Source of the DNA: Gammaproteobacteria bacterium
Lineage (GTDB): Bacteria; Pseudomonadota; Gammaproteobacteria; Eutrophobiales; Eutrophobiaceae
Direction of reading: 5' to 3'
Assembly (NCBI GenBank): GCA_965238225.1
Contig: OZ250183.1
Coordinates: forward strand, 192,001 to 256,000
DNA length: 64,000 nt
Under the pieces are notes generated by a model. It saw only the letters and a list, made by a program, of their open reading frames with translations, ran no database searches and was not told the origin of the DNA. Position 1 is the first letter of the stretch; the number at the start of each line of letters is the position of its first letter. Below are positions 21,539 to 31,464 of this stretch, piece after piece. The position numbers and the translations under genes were made by a program.

Positions 21539-24173
21539 AGTGTAACCGACTAAGGTTTATCTGCAATCCACAACACCTGCTCCGCCAGCATAATAGGCGG
21601 ATAGTGTAACCGACTAAGGTTTATCTGCAATCCACAACGAGAGGTCTTCGGCGAGAAAGTGTAACCGACTAAGGTTTATCTGCAATCCACAACAACAAGT
21701 TGACATCGGTGCACTTTGAGTGTAACCGACTAAGGTTTATCTGCAATCCACAAAGTGTCTGATTTGCCAATCTCGGCGAGTTAGTGTAACCGACTAAGGT
21801 TTATCTGCAATCCACAACTCGACTATGATAATCGTTTTAACCGTGAGTGTAACCGACTAAGGTTTATCTGCAATCCACAAGCTAAATCTCAACATGCTTA
21901 ATATTTAAGTGTAACCGACTAAGGTTTATCTGCAATCCACAACTGGATTATCTCTATGCCTGAGTGTAACCGACTAAGGTTTATCTGCAATCCACAACCT
22001 ATAAATTGGTCATGTAATTGAAAAATTAAATAGTGTAACCGACTAAGGTTTATCTGCAATCCACAACTATAATGCAAAACCTATAATTTATTTTGTGATA
22101 GTGTAACCGACTAAGGTTTATCTGCAATCCACAACGATGCCCATCAAGGATTCAACGTTCACGTTGTAGTGTAACCGACTAAGGTTTATCTGCAATCCAC
22201 AACTGCTATGGCTCAAGAGGCGTAATGTTCATGGGCAAGTGTAACCGACTAAGGTTTATCTGCAATCCACAACTGTGTATACCCTATTGTTTTTAATGAG
22301 CCTACGCCAAGTGTAACCGACTAAGGTTTATCTGCAATCCACAACAGGCGTGGTATAACTAGTTTGCTACGTTCATAACGTAGTGTAACCGACTAAGGTT
22401 TATCTGCAATCCACAACAGGAATGGCGGCGAGCGTTAGCAACAGTGTAACCATTTAAATATATAGTGTAACCGACTAAGGTTTATCTGCAATCCACAACA
22501 GGCGTATGAGCTTGTTGATGTGCCTTGCTGAGTGTAACCGACTAAGGTTTATCTGCAATCCACAACAAGTTGTAGTTGATTGTAGTTGCGTAGTTGAGTG
22601 TAACCGACTAAGGTTTATCTGCAATCCACAACCTGTCACTCTGTGCCCAAAGCTCGTATTGGAGTGTAACCGACTAAGGTTTATCTGCAATCCACAACTG
22701 GAATAATGCATAAAAGTGTAACCGATAGGTTTATTTTGTAAATTATTCCAAGAGTGTAACCGACTAAGGTTTATCTGCAATCCACAACATCCCTGCGATT
22801 TTGACGGAATGCGATCTTAAGTGTAACCGACTAAGGTTTATCTGCAATCCACAACTTATATGCCTATTTTACATGAGCCTATGCCTGGAGTAGTGTAACC
22901 GACTAAGGTTTATCTGCAATCCACAACCTCACTTAGTATAGCCTTTATCGAGTCGATTAAGTGTAACCGACTAAGGTTTATCTGCAATCCACAACGGCAA
23001 ATGTCAGCGCTTGCACTATTAATAAGTGTAACCGACTAAGGTTTATCTGCAATCCACAACTTGTCTTACCTCGGGTTGAAAATAGTGTAACCGACTAAGG
23101 TTTATCTGCAATCCACAACTTATAATGCTATAACTTTTATAAGTCAAAGTGTAACCGACTAAGGTTTATCTGCAATCCACAACCACAATTTCCAGCATAT
23201 GTACGTCACACTTTAGTGTAACCGACTAAGGTTTATCTGCAATCCACAACGGTTTATTGTTTTTAAATAGATTAAGTGTAACCGACTAAGGTTTATCTGC
23301 AATCCACAACTGCATATAAGGCTGCGTGTTACAATCAGTGTAACCGACTAAGGTTTATCTGCAATCCACAACTAGCGGCTCTGTTAGCCATTAAAAGTAC
23401 CCTAAAAAGTGTAACCGACTAAGGTTTATCTGCAATCCACAACTAAGTCGTGCGAGTAGTGGATGTCTTGCAACTTATGAGGTTTAGTGTAACCGACTAA
23501 GGTTTATCTGCAATCCACAACATCCGTTGAGCATCGAATGTCGGCATAACTAGTGTAACCGACTAAGGTTTATCTGCAATCCACAACTAAGGTGCAACTT
23601 TGTAGGCAAGATATGGCGTTAGTGTAACCGACTAAGGTTTATCTGCAATCCACAACTTGTCAAACGAGGATATGATAACGCTTGTAATCGAGTGTAACCG
23701 ACTAAGGTTTATCTGCAATCCACAACCTTTATCGTAGTTATACGGCTGATCGTCATGATAAGTGTAACCGACTAAGGTTTATCTGCAATCCCACAACGGG
23801 GAACGGAGTAATTTGTTTGGCTTGAGTGTAACCGACTAAGGTTTATCTGCAATCCACAACAAGACCTGGGCAAAATGAGTGTAACCGACTAAGGTTTATC
23901 TGCAATCCACAACATATCAAGCCATTGAAATTCCTTTGATGAGTGTAACCGACTAAGGTTTATCTGCAATCCACAACTTGTGCTTTGGATTCAATTTCCG
24001 TTATAACAAGTGTAACCGACTAAGGTTTATCTGCAATCCACAACATGGAGCCGACTGTAGATATCAGTATCGCAGTGTAACCGACTAAGGTTTATCTGCA
24101 ATCCACAACGCTTTTAGAAATGAGTAAAAGCCTTGACAGTGTAACCGACTAAGGTTTATCTGCAATCCACAAC
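21539..24173 (-). CRISPR. type II-C CRISPR array: 40 repeats, 39 spacers, 2 embedded partial repeats
   Basis: 36-bp repeat GTTGTGGATTGCAGATAAACCTTAGTCGGTTACACT (minus strand); variants at 21719 and 21846 (terminal base) and 23761 (extra C); orientation inferred from the GTTG start and tracrRNA pairing. Confidence 0.98.
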
Positions 24174-24231
24174 CATCAGGCAAAACCCATGTTAAAATAA
24201 ACGCCTATTAAAACTTACCAAAATATAAAAA

Positions 24232-24786
24232 ATGAAAGTGAATCTCGCCTCAAGTTCGCCGCGCAGAAAACAACTCCTCGAACAGCTCAGCATTGAATTT
24301 AATGTAGTTGATATTGAAATAAATGAAACTTGGGACAATAAAGAGCCTGCTAAAATTTACGTTAAACGTATGGCCTTGGAAAAAGCGCGCGCTGGAAAAT
24401 CAAACATTCAAAATAAATTACCTGTGCTTGCAGCAGATACCTGCGTGGTGCTTGATGATGTAATTTTAGGCAAGGCCGAAACCAAAGAAGATGCAACGAA
24501 AATGCTTGGGCAATTATCAGGCAGAACACATCATGTTTATACTGCTGTTGCCCTAATTACAGAAACCGAACAAGTAAGGCTAAATGTCAGCCATGTGAAT
24601 TTTCGTCCATTAACTAAAACCGACATACAACAATATTGCACAACAAAAGAGCCTTTGGGTAAGGCCGGTGCCTATGCCATACAAGGTAAAGCAGCTGCTT
24701 TTATCCAACATTTACAAGGTAGTTATTCAGGGGTAATGGGTCTGCCACTTTATGAAGTAGCACAGATGCTAAACGCAATAAAATAA
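24232..24786 (+). CDS. maf: Maf/YhdE nucleoside triphosphate pyrophosphatase
   Basis: LASSSPRRKQLL, AADT, GKAGAYAIQG, SYSGVMGLP. Confidence 0.95.
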   Translation: MKVNLASSSPRRKQLLEQLSIEFNVVDIEINETWDNKEPAKIYVKRMALEKARAGKSNIQNKLPVLAADTCVVLDDVILGKAETKEDATKMLGQLSGRTHHVYTAVALITETEQVRLNVSHVNFRPLTKTDIQQYCTTKEPLGKAGAYAIQGKAAAFIQHLQGSYSGVMGLPLYEVAQMLNAIK

Positions 24787-25026
24787 TGCCCAAATATTCC
24801 AAGTCCTTCGGTAAAACTTGCAAGCCCTATAAACAGTAAATCTTCAATACAGAAATTTTGATAAATTGGTAAGACGTGTATATAGGCTGGCTTTACAGCA
24901 TAGACTTATCCCTGTATAAATCCTGAGCTTTGGTGCTAAAGATATCTTCATACTTGGAGGATACAACATCAGAAATTATGTATTTAATAAAATTATTAAC
25001 TTTCTATTGAAAGTAGGGGGTTTTAT

Positions 25027-27042
25027 ATGTTGTCTATTGTCCATCTGCCTATAGGCTTAGGTATTTTTGGTCTTGTTTGCGCTGTATTGGTCTTTTTAAA
25101 AGTCAAATCTGAGCCTGCTGGTGAGGGTAAGGTTGTTGAAATTGGCGACCAAATTCACCTTGGCGCTATGGTCTTTATGAAAAGCGAATATTCACGCTTG
25201 GCAATTTTTTGCATTATTTGTATTGTTGCTATTGCAAGCTCTGAGCTTGGCATCAATACTGCGGCAGCCTTCCTGCTTGGCGCAGTTTGTTCTGGCACTG
25301 CGGGTTACTTTGGTATGTATACCGCAACCTATGCAAATGTGAGAACAGCAGTTGCCGCAAATAATAAAGGTGCCGCTGCCGCATTACAGATCGCCTTCTT
25401 TGGTGGCTCCATCATGGGGCTTACTGTTGCTGCCATGGGTTTGTTTGGTATTGGTTTGCTTTATTATTTCTTTGCAGGTGATGCACACACCATTCACGCC
25501 ATTGAAGGATTTGCCATGGGCGCATCATCAGTCGCATTATTTTCCCGTGTAGGTGGTGGTATCTTCACTAAAAGCGCAGACATTGGTGCTGACTTGGTGG
25601 GCAAACTAGAAGCTGGCATCCCTGAAGATGATCCTAGAAACCCAGGGGTTATTGCTGATAATGTTGGTGATAATGTTGGTGATGTCGCTGGTATGGGCTC
25701 AGATATTTTTGAATCCTACTGCGGCGCTATGATTGCAAGCATTGCGCTTGCTGCTACTATGAGCGGTGCCACTGTTGCAGACCTTACCTCAGTGGGTCGC
25801 GATACATTAACATTCATGCCGTTGGCCTTGTCTTGTCTTGGTTTAGTTTGCTCCATGATAGGCATCTTTTCTGTCAAACTCTTTTCTGCAAAAAGCCCGG
25901 AGATTGCCCTGCGCTTTGGCACCATGGGCGCATCTGTCATATTTATCATCACCTCTTATATTCTGATTGCACAGATGAATGTCTCAAGCAACATCTGGGT
26001 AGCTGTGCTCTCTGGTGCGCTTGGCGGTATTGTCATTGGCCTAGTCACTGAGTATTTCACAGGCGGCGCACCAGTTCGCAAGATTGCAAAAGATGGAGAA
26101 ACAGGTTCGGCAACTGTAATCATTTCCGGGCTGGCAACGGGCATGTACTCCGTGACGATTCCCGTTTTAACTATCTGCGCCATCATACTGACCGCCAGCC
26201 ATTTCGCTGGGCTTTATGGTGTCGGCATTGCCGCTGTGGGCATGCTGGCAACCGTCGGCATCACCATGGCGATTGATGCCTACGGCCCTGTTGCTGATAA
26301 CGCCGGCGGCATTGCTGAAATGGCGCAGATGGGTGAATCTACACGCGAGATTACAGATTCACTGGACGAAGTAGGGAACACGACCGCGGCGATTGGCAAG
26401 GGTTTTGCAATTGGTGCGGCGGCTCTTGCTGCCTTGGCATTAATAAGTGCCTTTATAGAAAAAATCACGCTGTATGATCCTGATTTTATTCTTAAGATTA
26501 ATGACCCGATGGTACTTTGCGGTATGTTCCTTGGCGGTATTTTTCCATTCTTGGTAAGCGCCATGACCATGACTGCGGTGGGTGATGCAGCCTTTGATAT
26601 GATAAAAGAGATACGTCGTCAGTTTAAAGAGATACCAGGTTTGCTGGAAGGTACTGGCAAACCAGATACCGCACGTTGTATTGATATTGCAACCCGCGCA
26701 GCACTCAGAAAAATGATCATGCCGGGTGCGCTTGCGGTATTGGCTCCTGTGGTTGTTGGCTTTGGTTTGGGTGCACAAGCGCTTGGCGGGATGTTGGGCG
26801 GTGCACTAATTTGCTGCGTTATGATGGCATTATTTATGGCCAATGCTGGCGGCGCATGGGACAACGCCAAGAAGTATGTTGAAAAAGGAAACTTAGGCGG
26901 CAAGGGTTCTGATGTACACACAGCTGTTGTTGTTGGTGATACTGTGGGAGACCCGCTTAAGGATACTTCTGGTCCTTCTATGAATATCTTAATTAACGTT
27001 ATGGCGATTGTGAGTTTAGTTATCGCACCATTACTGACTTAG
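25027..27042 (+). CDS. hppA: membrane-integral K+-dependent, probably Na+-translocating, pyrophosphatase
   Basis: [56 protein letters not shown]. Confidence 0.93.
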   Translation: MLSIVHLPIGLGIFGLVCAVLVFLKVKSEPAGEGKVVEIGDQIHLGAMVFMKSEYSRLAIFCIICIVAIASSELGINTAAAFLLGAVCSGTAGYFGMYTATYANVRTAVAANNKGAAAALQIAFFGGSIMGLTVAAMGLFGIGLLYYFFAGDAHTIHAIEGFAMGASSVALFSRVGGGIFTKSADIGADLVGKLEAGIPEDDPRNPGVIADNVGDNVGDVAGMGSDIFESYCGAMIASIALAATMSGATVADLTSVGRDTLTFMPLALSCLGLVCSMIGIFSVKLFSAKSPEIALRFGTMGASVIFIITSYILIAQMNVSSNIWVAVLSGALGGIVIGLVTEYFTGGAPVRKIAKDGETGSATVIISGLATGMYSVTIPVLTICAIILTASHFAGLYGVGIAAVGMLATVGITMAIDAYGPVADNAGGIAEMAQMGESTREITDSLDEVGNTTAAIGKGFAIGAAALAALALISAFIEKITLYDPDFILKINDPMVLCGMFLGGIFPFLVSAMTMTAVGDAAFDMIKEIRRQFKEIPGLLEGTGKPDTARCIDIATRAALRKMIMPGALAVLAPVVVGFGLGAQALGGMLGGALICCVMMALFMANAGGAWDNAKKYVEKGNLGGKGSDVHTAVVVGDTVGDPLKDTSGPSMNILINVMAIVSLVIAPLLT

Positions 27043-27056
27043 TTTATGTACTTTAA

Positions 27057-27223
27057 GGATGTACGGTATGTCACCGGTGCATGAATACGCAGAAACAGCG
27101 ATGCACAGAATGCCTACACGGATGTAGCTGGTAGAGTAATGCAGGAGCAATTACCGAGTGGCGTAGTTCATTAAACTTAGAGTTGAGTTATTTTTCGTCA
27201 TGCCCGTGGAAATGAGAATACAG
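27057..27223. repeat. degenerate palindromic/REP-like intergenic elements
   Basis: CTACA-cgga-TGTAG; GTAATGC-agga-GCAATTAC; GTCATGCCCGTGGAAATGAGAATACAG resembling GTCATTCCCGCG..GCGGGAATCCAG-type repeats. Confidence 0.4.
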
Positions 27224-27315
27224 TGTTTTTATATTTAAGCTTGCCCCTATTTTTATTTCTCTTCTGCGTCCAAAAGCAAGATACCAAAAAATATGGCAGC
27301 CTGATATCTTGCCTT

Positions 27316-28995
27316 TCATTCTGAAATTACAACCGCCTTGCCCTCACCCCTGTGATCACTGGCCGCAAATAATTTATTTATTTTTTTATCCCATAAGATT
27401 GCCTGCATGTTTCCGTAACGACGATCCTTTTCTTTTAACACATGTCCGAGTTTTTTAAGGGCGCGCTGTTCTAAAAAAGTCAGGGCTTGTTTTTCAAATT
27501 GAACTTCATCTGGAAGATACTGATGATGATAACGTGGCACAGAAACCCATGAGTCTGGCAAATTACCATCAGCAAAATCAAGGATGCCGAGCAATACCAT
27601 GCTGATGATGCGGCTGCCTCCGGGCGTACCTAAAATACCGATCCTGTCATCCGTCTCTATAAATGTTGGCGACATACTTGAAAGCGGCCGCTTGCCTGCT
27701 TCGATGGCATTTGCCTTGCCTCCTGTCAAACCATAGGCATTTGAGACTTTTGCCTTAGCGGAAAAATCATCCATTTCGTTATTCAACAACACGCCTGTGC
27801 CTGGCACAACAAAGCCCGACCCAAAAGGCAGGTTAATGCTGAGTGTTGCCGCAACCCTGTTGCCTTCTTTATCGATCACCGAGAAGTGCGTTGTTTGTGT
27901 GCCAGTTTGTTCTAAAACAGAAACACTCCCAAGTGTTGTGCTTGGTGTCGCTGTATCCGCATCGATGGTCGCAGCAAGACCTTCGAGATAATCTTTGTCT
28001 AACAATCTTTGTTGGGAAATTTCAGTGTAATCCGGATCGCCAAGATATGCCGCACGATCTCGGTACGCACGGCGCATGGCCTCAATGATAATATGCTTCC
28101 TTGCAATATTTTTAGCCACGCCCAGATCAAACCCCTCAAGCATGGATAATATCTGAGCCAACGCAATTCCACCTGATGAAGGCGGAGGCGCTGAAATAAT
28201 ACGCAAATTTTTATAATGACCGATAATAGGTTCGCGCTCTATAACCCGATAACTTAATAAATCCTGCGCACTCCACAAACCCCCTTTGTCGCGAACATCC
28301 TGAACCATTCTTGAAGCCATAGCGCTTGCGTAAAAAGAGATCGCACCATGTGCTGCAATTTGTCTTAATGTCTGTGCCAAATCTTTTTGAATAATTTTAT
28401 AATCTAAGGTTGGTATCTGATTGTTTTCCAGAAAAATAGCAGCCGTTGATGGGAATGACTGCATCACTTGCAAACGATAATTAACCTGCCTTTGATATCT
28501 TTTTGTAACAGGAAACCCCTCTTCGGCATGTCTGATAGCTGGAGCCAATGTTTCTTTTAATGACAAACGACCATACTTTTCAGCAAGATATTCCAAGCCA
28601 GCAGGCACCCCTGGAATCCCGGCAGCCTTTGGTCCGTCGATTGATGCGCCTTTGATGATGTCACCATTTTTATCCAGATACATATTTTCGCTTGCAGATA
28701 ATGGTGCGGCTTCCCGTCCATCCAGCATGACTTGTTTGCCATCCTTTGCGCGATGTAATAACCAAAAACCACCGCCGCCTAAACCTGAACTATAAGGCTC
28801 AACGACAGCAAGAACGGCGGTGATTGCTACGGCTGCATCAAAAGCATTACCGCCTGCACGAAGAATTTCTACGGCTGCATCAGTAGCATAAGGGTGTGCT
28901 GTTGCAACAGCTAAAGCAGAAGGCTTTTGCGCATAGCTTGTGATGGTAACAAATAAGCATGATACAAAAACAAAAACTCGAGAAATGTTTTTCAT
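27316..28995 (-). CDS. ggt: gamma-glutamyltransferase
   Basis: GGNAFDAAVA, TTHFSV nucleophile, LNNEMDDF, PLSSMSP, GTPGGSRI. Confidence 0.96.
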   Translation of the reverse strand: MKNISRVFVFVSCLFVTITSYAQKPSALAVATAHPYATDAAVEILRAGGNAFDAAVAITAVLAVVEPYSSGLGGGGFWLLHRAKDGKQVMLDGREAAPLSASENMYLDKNGDIIKGASIDGPKAAGIPGVPAGLEYLAEKYGRLSLKETLAPAIRHAEEGFPVTKRYQRQVNYRLQVMQSFPSTAAIFLENNQIPTLDYKIIQKDLAQTLRQIAAHGAISFYASAMASRMVQDVRDKGGLWSAQDLLSYRVIEREPIIGHYKNLRIISAPPPSSGGIALAQILSMLEGFDLGVAKNIARKHIIIEAMRRAYRDRAAYLGDPDYTEISQQRLLDKDYLEGLAATIDADTATPSTTLGSVSVLEQTGTQTTHFSVIDKEGNRVAATLSINLPFGSGFVVPGTGVLLNNEMDDFSAKAKVSNAYGLTGGKANAIEAGKRPLSSMSPTFIETDDRIGILGTPGGSRIISMVLLGILDFADGNLPDSWVSVPRYHHQYLPDEVQFEKQALTFLEQRALKKLGHVLKEKDRRYGNMQAILWDKKINKLFAASDHRGEGKAVVISE

Positions 28996-29030
28996 TAAAT
29001 AGTTGTATCTACAAAATGTTTTTTGTTTTC

Positions 29031-29510
29031 TTATTGATGCTTTTTTTTCAGAGCCATCAAGACATCTTCGTTCACAAACTTACTAACATCTCCGCCCAAT
29101 GATGAAATTTCCCTGACTAAACTAGAAGAAATAAAACTCAGATGTTCGGAGGGTCTTAGGAATATTGTTTCAGCATCTTTAAATAAACTTCGGTTCATGC
29201 CAGCCATTTGAAATTCGTAATCAAAATCAGCAGCAGCACGAATACCTCGCACAATAACTTTTGCATTTAGATCGCGGGCAATATCTGTCGCCAGCTTATC
29301 AAAATGGCATACTTCGACATTTTCTAATGATGATAATGCAGTCTTTGCAAGATTGATTCTTTCTTCTGTTGAAAATAATATTGGCTTTTCGGTGTTTTCG
29401 GAAATAGCGAGAAATACTTTGTTAAAAATTTTGGAGGCACGCGTAATAATATCGATATGACCATGTGTGATAGGATCAAACGCACCCGGATATATAGCTG
29501 TTATTTTCAC
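29031..29510 (-). CDS. coaD: phosphopantetheine adenylyltransferase
   Basis: YPGAFDPITHGH, RGIR, DFDYE, ISSSLVRE. Confidence 0.96.
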   Translation of the reverse strand: MKITAIYPGAFDPITHGHIDIITRASKIFNKVFLAISENTEKPILFSTEERINLAKTALSSLENVEVCHFDKLATDIARDLNAKVIVRGIRAAADFDYEFQMAGMNRSLFKDAETIFLRPSEHLSFISSSLVREISSLGGDVSKFVNEDVLMALKKKHQ

Positions 29511-29514
29511 TGGA

Positions 29515-30069
29515 TCAGTTTATTAATGTTTTTAACAGCGTGCAGTGTACCTGACCTGCTTTCGTTTGTTTAATCACTTCGACATTTTTTTCTGCTTGCC
29601 ATGCGCTTTCACTCTCGATATAAACCAAAGTTTGTGCGCCGAGACACTCGGACTCAGCCAAAAGAGACAGACTTTGTTTAATCATGTTTTTACCGAAGGG
29701 TGGGTCTAAAAATATAATGTCGAAGGCATAATCTGCGGTTTTTATCCATTGTAGAGCGTCCGCTTGATACACAATAATTTTATTGGTATCCAATATCTTG
29801 AGTGATTCGCGCAGGGTTTCTGCGGTGTTTTTATCTTGTTCTATCAGCACCGAACTGGCAGCGCCACGAGACACAGCCTCTATCCCCAACGCCCCTGAGC
29901 CAGCAAACATATCCAAACAATTCGCGCCGCAAATGGTAGCTTGTAACCAGTTAAATAAAGTTTCTCTTGCCCGATTTGGGGTTGGCCGCAAACCCTGAGC
30001 GTCGTCCACAGGTATTTTTCGTCCGCGCCATGCGCCGCCGATAATGCGAACCTTACCCTCCTGTTTCAA
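29515..30069 (-). CDS. rsmD: 16S rRNA m2G966 methyltransferase
   Basis: RIIGGAWRGR, LRPT, FAGSGALG, FLDPPF. Confidence 0.95.
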   Translation of the reverse strand: MKQEGKVRIIGGAWRGRKIPVDDAQGLRPTPNRARETLFNWLQATICGANCLDMFAGSGALGIEAVSRGAASSVLIEQDKNTAETLRESLKILDTNKIIVYQADALQWIKTADYAFDIIFLDPPFGKNMIKQSLSLLAESECLGAQTLVYIESESAWQAEKNVEVIKQTKAGQVHCTLLKTLIN

Positions 30070-30138
30070 CTTGAGCCTCCGACTTCTTTTGATTTTTGCG
30101 TATGTTTAGTTGCTCTACTTTTCTCTAGGTTTGCTTTC

Positions 30139-31464
30139 TTATAAATCTGGTTCATCTGATCTTGACCCAACCATCACCGTAACAAATTTATCTGGTGATA
30201 AACGCCGCCTAAAAGCATCCTGAATTTGAGCAACAGTGACGGCATTAACATTAGCACTGAATGTTTCAAGATAATTATCTGGCAGACCATAAAACCCAAT
30301 CATACCAATATAAGAAATGATCTTACCATTGCTCGCTAATCTCAGTGGAAAGCCTCCGGTGATATTTTTCTTTGAGGCTGCAAGCTCTATCTCGGTCGGA
30401 CCATTGTCGATAAATGTTTTCAAGTGCGCTTGTAACACCGCAAGAGCTTTTTCTGTCTGATCTGTTCGAGTTTGCAGGCTGGCGATAAAAGTTCCATTTT
30501 CACGCATGGCAGAAAAATAACTATTTGCGCTATAGGAGAGTCCGCGTTTTTCGCGAATTTCTTTAAATAGCCTAGAGATCATACCGCCACCCCCCAACAC
30601 ATGATTACCCACATAGAGCGGGAAATAATCCGCGTCTCCCCGTTTGATTCCTGTCTGCCCAATAAGAATATGGGTTTGCGTTGATGGGTAATCTATCTTT
30701 ATCGTTACAGCTTTTTCCAAAGTCAACACTTTTGGAATTGCTTGTGGCTTTTCACCTGCAGGTAATTCTTTAAGCAAACTTTCAACCTTTGTCTTTGCTT
30801 CGGCTTTGGTTAAATCACCGACAATAGATATAGTTGCATTTTTTGCAACGTAATAATTTTTATGAAACTCAACTACGTTTTCGCGAGCCAAAACGCTGAT
30901 ACTTTCTTCGGTACCTGAACTTGGAGTGGCGTAAGGATGCCCCTTAAAGACTTCAGCAAAAAAAGCATCACTTGCCAGTGCGCTAGGAGATTGCTGTTTA
31001 CTGCGAATACCAATCAAAGCTCTATTCTTTTGTCTTGCCAATGCATCTTCTGGAAAATCAGGCTTTGCCAATACGCGCGCAAAATTTTCCAACGCAGCAT
31101 CCAGTATTGCGTGATCAGACAAACTGCGCAGATTGATGGAAGCGTGATCATAACCGGCACTACCACCATAGTTAGCCCCCAGCTTATCAAAGCCCTGACT
31201 AATTTGACCAGCGGTGAGTCCGTCAGCACCCTCGTCCAATAAACTATTCGTGAGTCCAGACAGTCCGGCTTTATCACCATCGCGTGCGCTGCCTGCATCA
31301 AAAGTAATCTGAATATCTACCATAGGCAGTTCTTTTGCTTCAACAAAATAAACATTGGCACCTTTTTCTGATTGCCAAGTTTGGATCAATGGTGCCGCCT
31401 GAACATAAGGCAACAACAGATAAGAAGATAACAATAAGGGCATGTATAAAATTTTATCTGCCAT
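30139..31464 (-). CDS. M16 family peptidase, non-catalytic subunit
   Basis: ELPMVD, FDAGS, no HxxEH, REKRGLSY; start uncertain. Confidence 0.85.
   Translation of the reverse strand: MADKILYMPLLLSSYLLLPYVQAAPLIQTWQSEKGANVYFVEAKELPMVDIQITFDAGSARDGDKAGLSGLTNSLLDEGADGLTAGQISQGFDKLGANYGGSAGYDHASINLRSLSDHAILDAALENFARVLAKPDFPEDALARQKNRALIGIRSKQQSPSALASDAFFAEVFKGHPYATPSSGTEESISVLARENVVEFHKNYYVAKNATISIVGDLTKAEAKTKVESLLKELPAGEKPQAIPKVLTLEKAVTIKIDYPSTQTHILIGQTGIKRGDADYFPLYVGNHVLGGGGMISRLFKEIREKRGLSYSANSYFSAMRENGTFIASLQTRTDQTEKALAVLQAHLKTFIDNGPTEIELAASKKNITGGFPLRLASNGKIISYIGMIGFYGLPDNYLETFSANVNAVTVAQIQDAFRRRLSPDKFVTVMVGSRSDEPDL

Noticed and set aside
22567-22596. Spacer 16 made of TAGTTG-like units
   Set aside because: Normal 30-nt length; most simply a low-complexity protospacer
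22475-22780. ORFs 22475..22780 (-) and 22506..22706 (+) with repeated peptides
   Set aside because: They are translations of CRISPR repeats and spacers
21539-24173. Self-targeting spacers within the window
   Set aside because: None noticed by eye; the search was not exhaustive, so no claim is made
24787-25026. Weak hairpins upstream of hppA as a possible ion-sensing riboswitch
   Set aside because: No riboswitch consensus that I can recognise; needs an Rfam/Infernal scan
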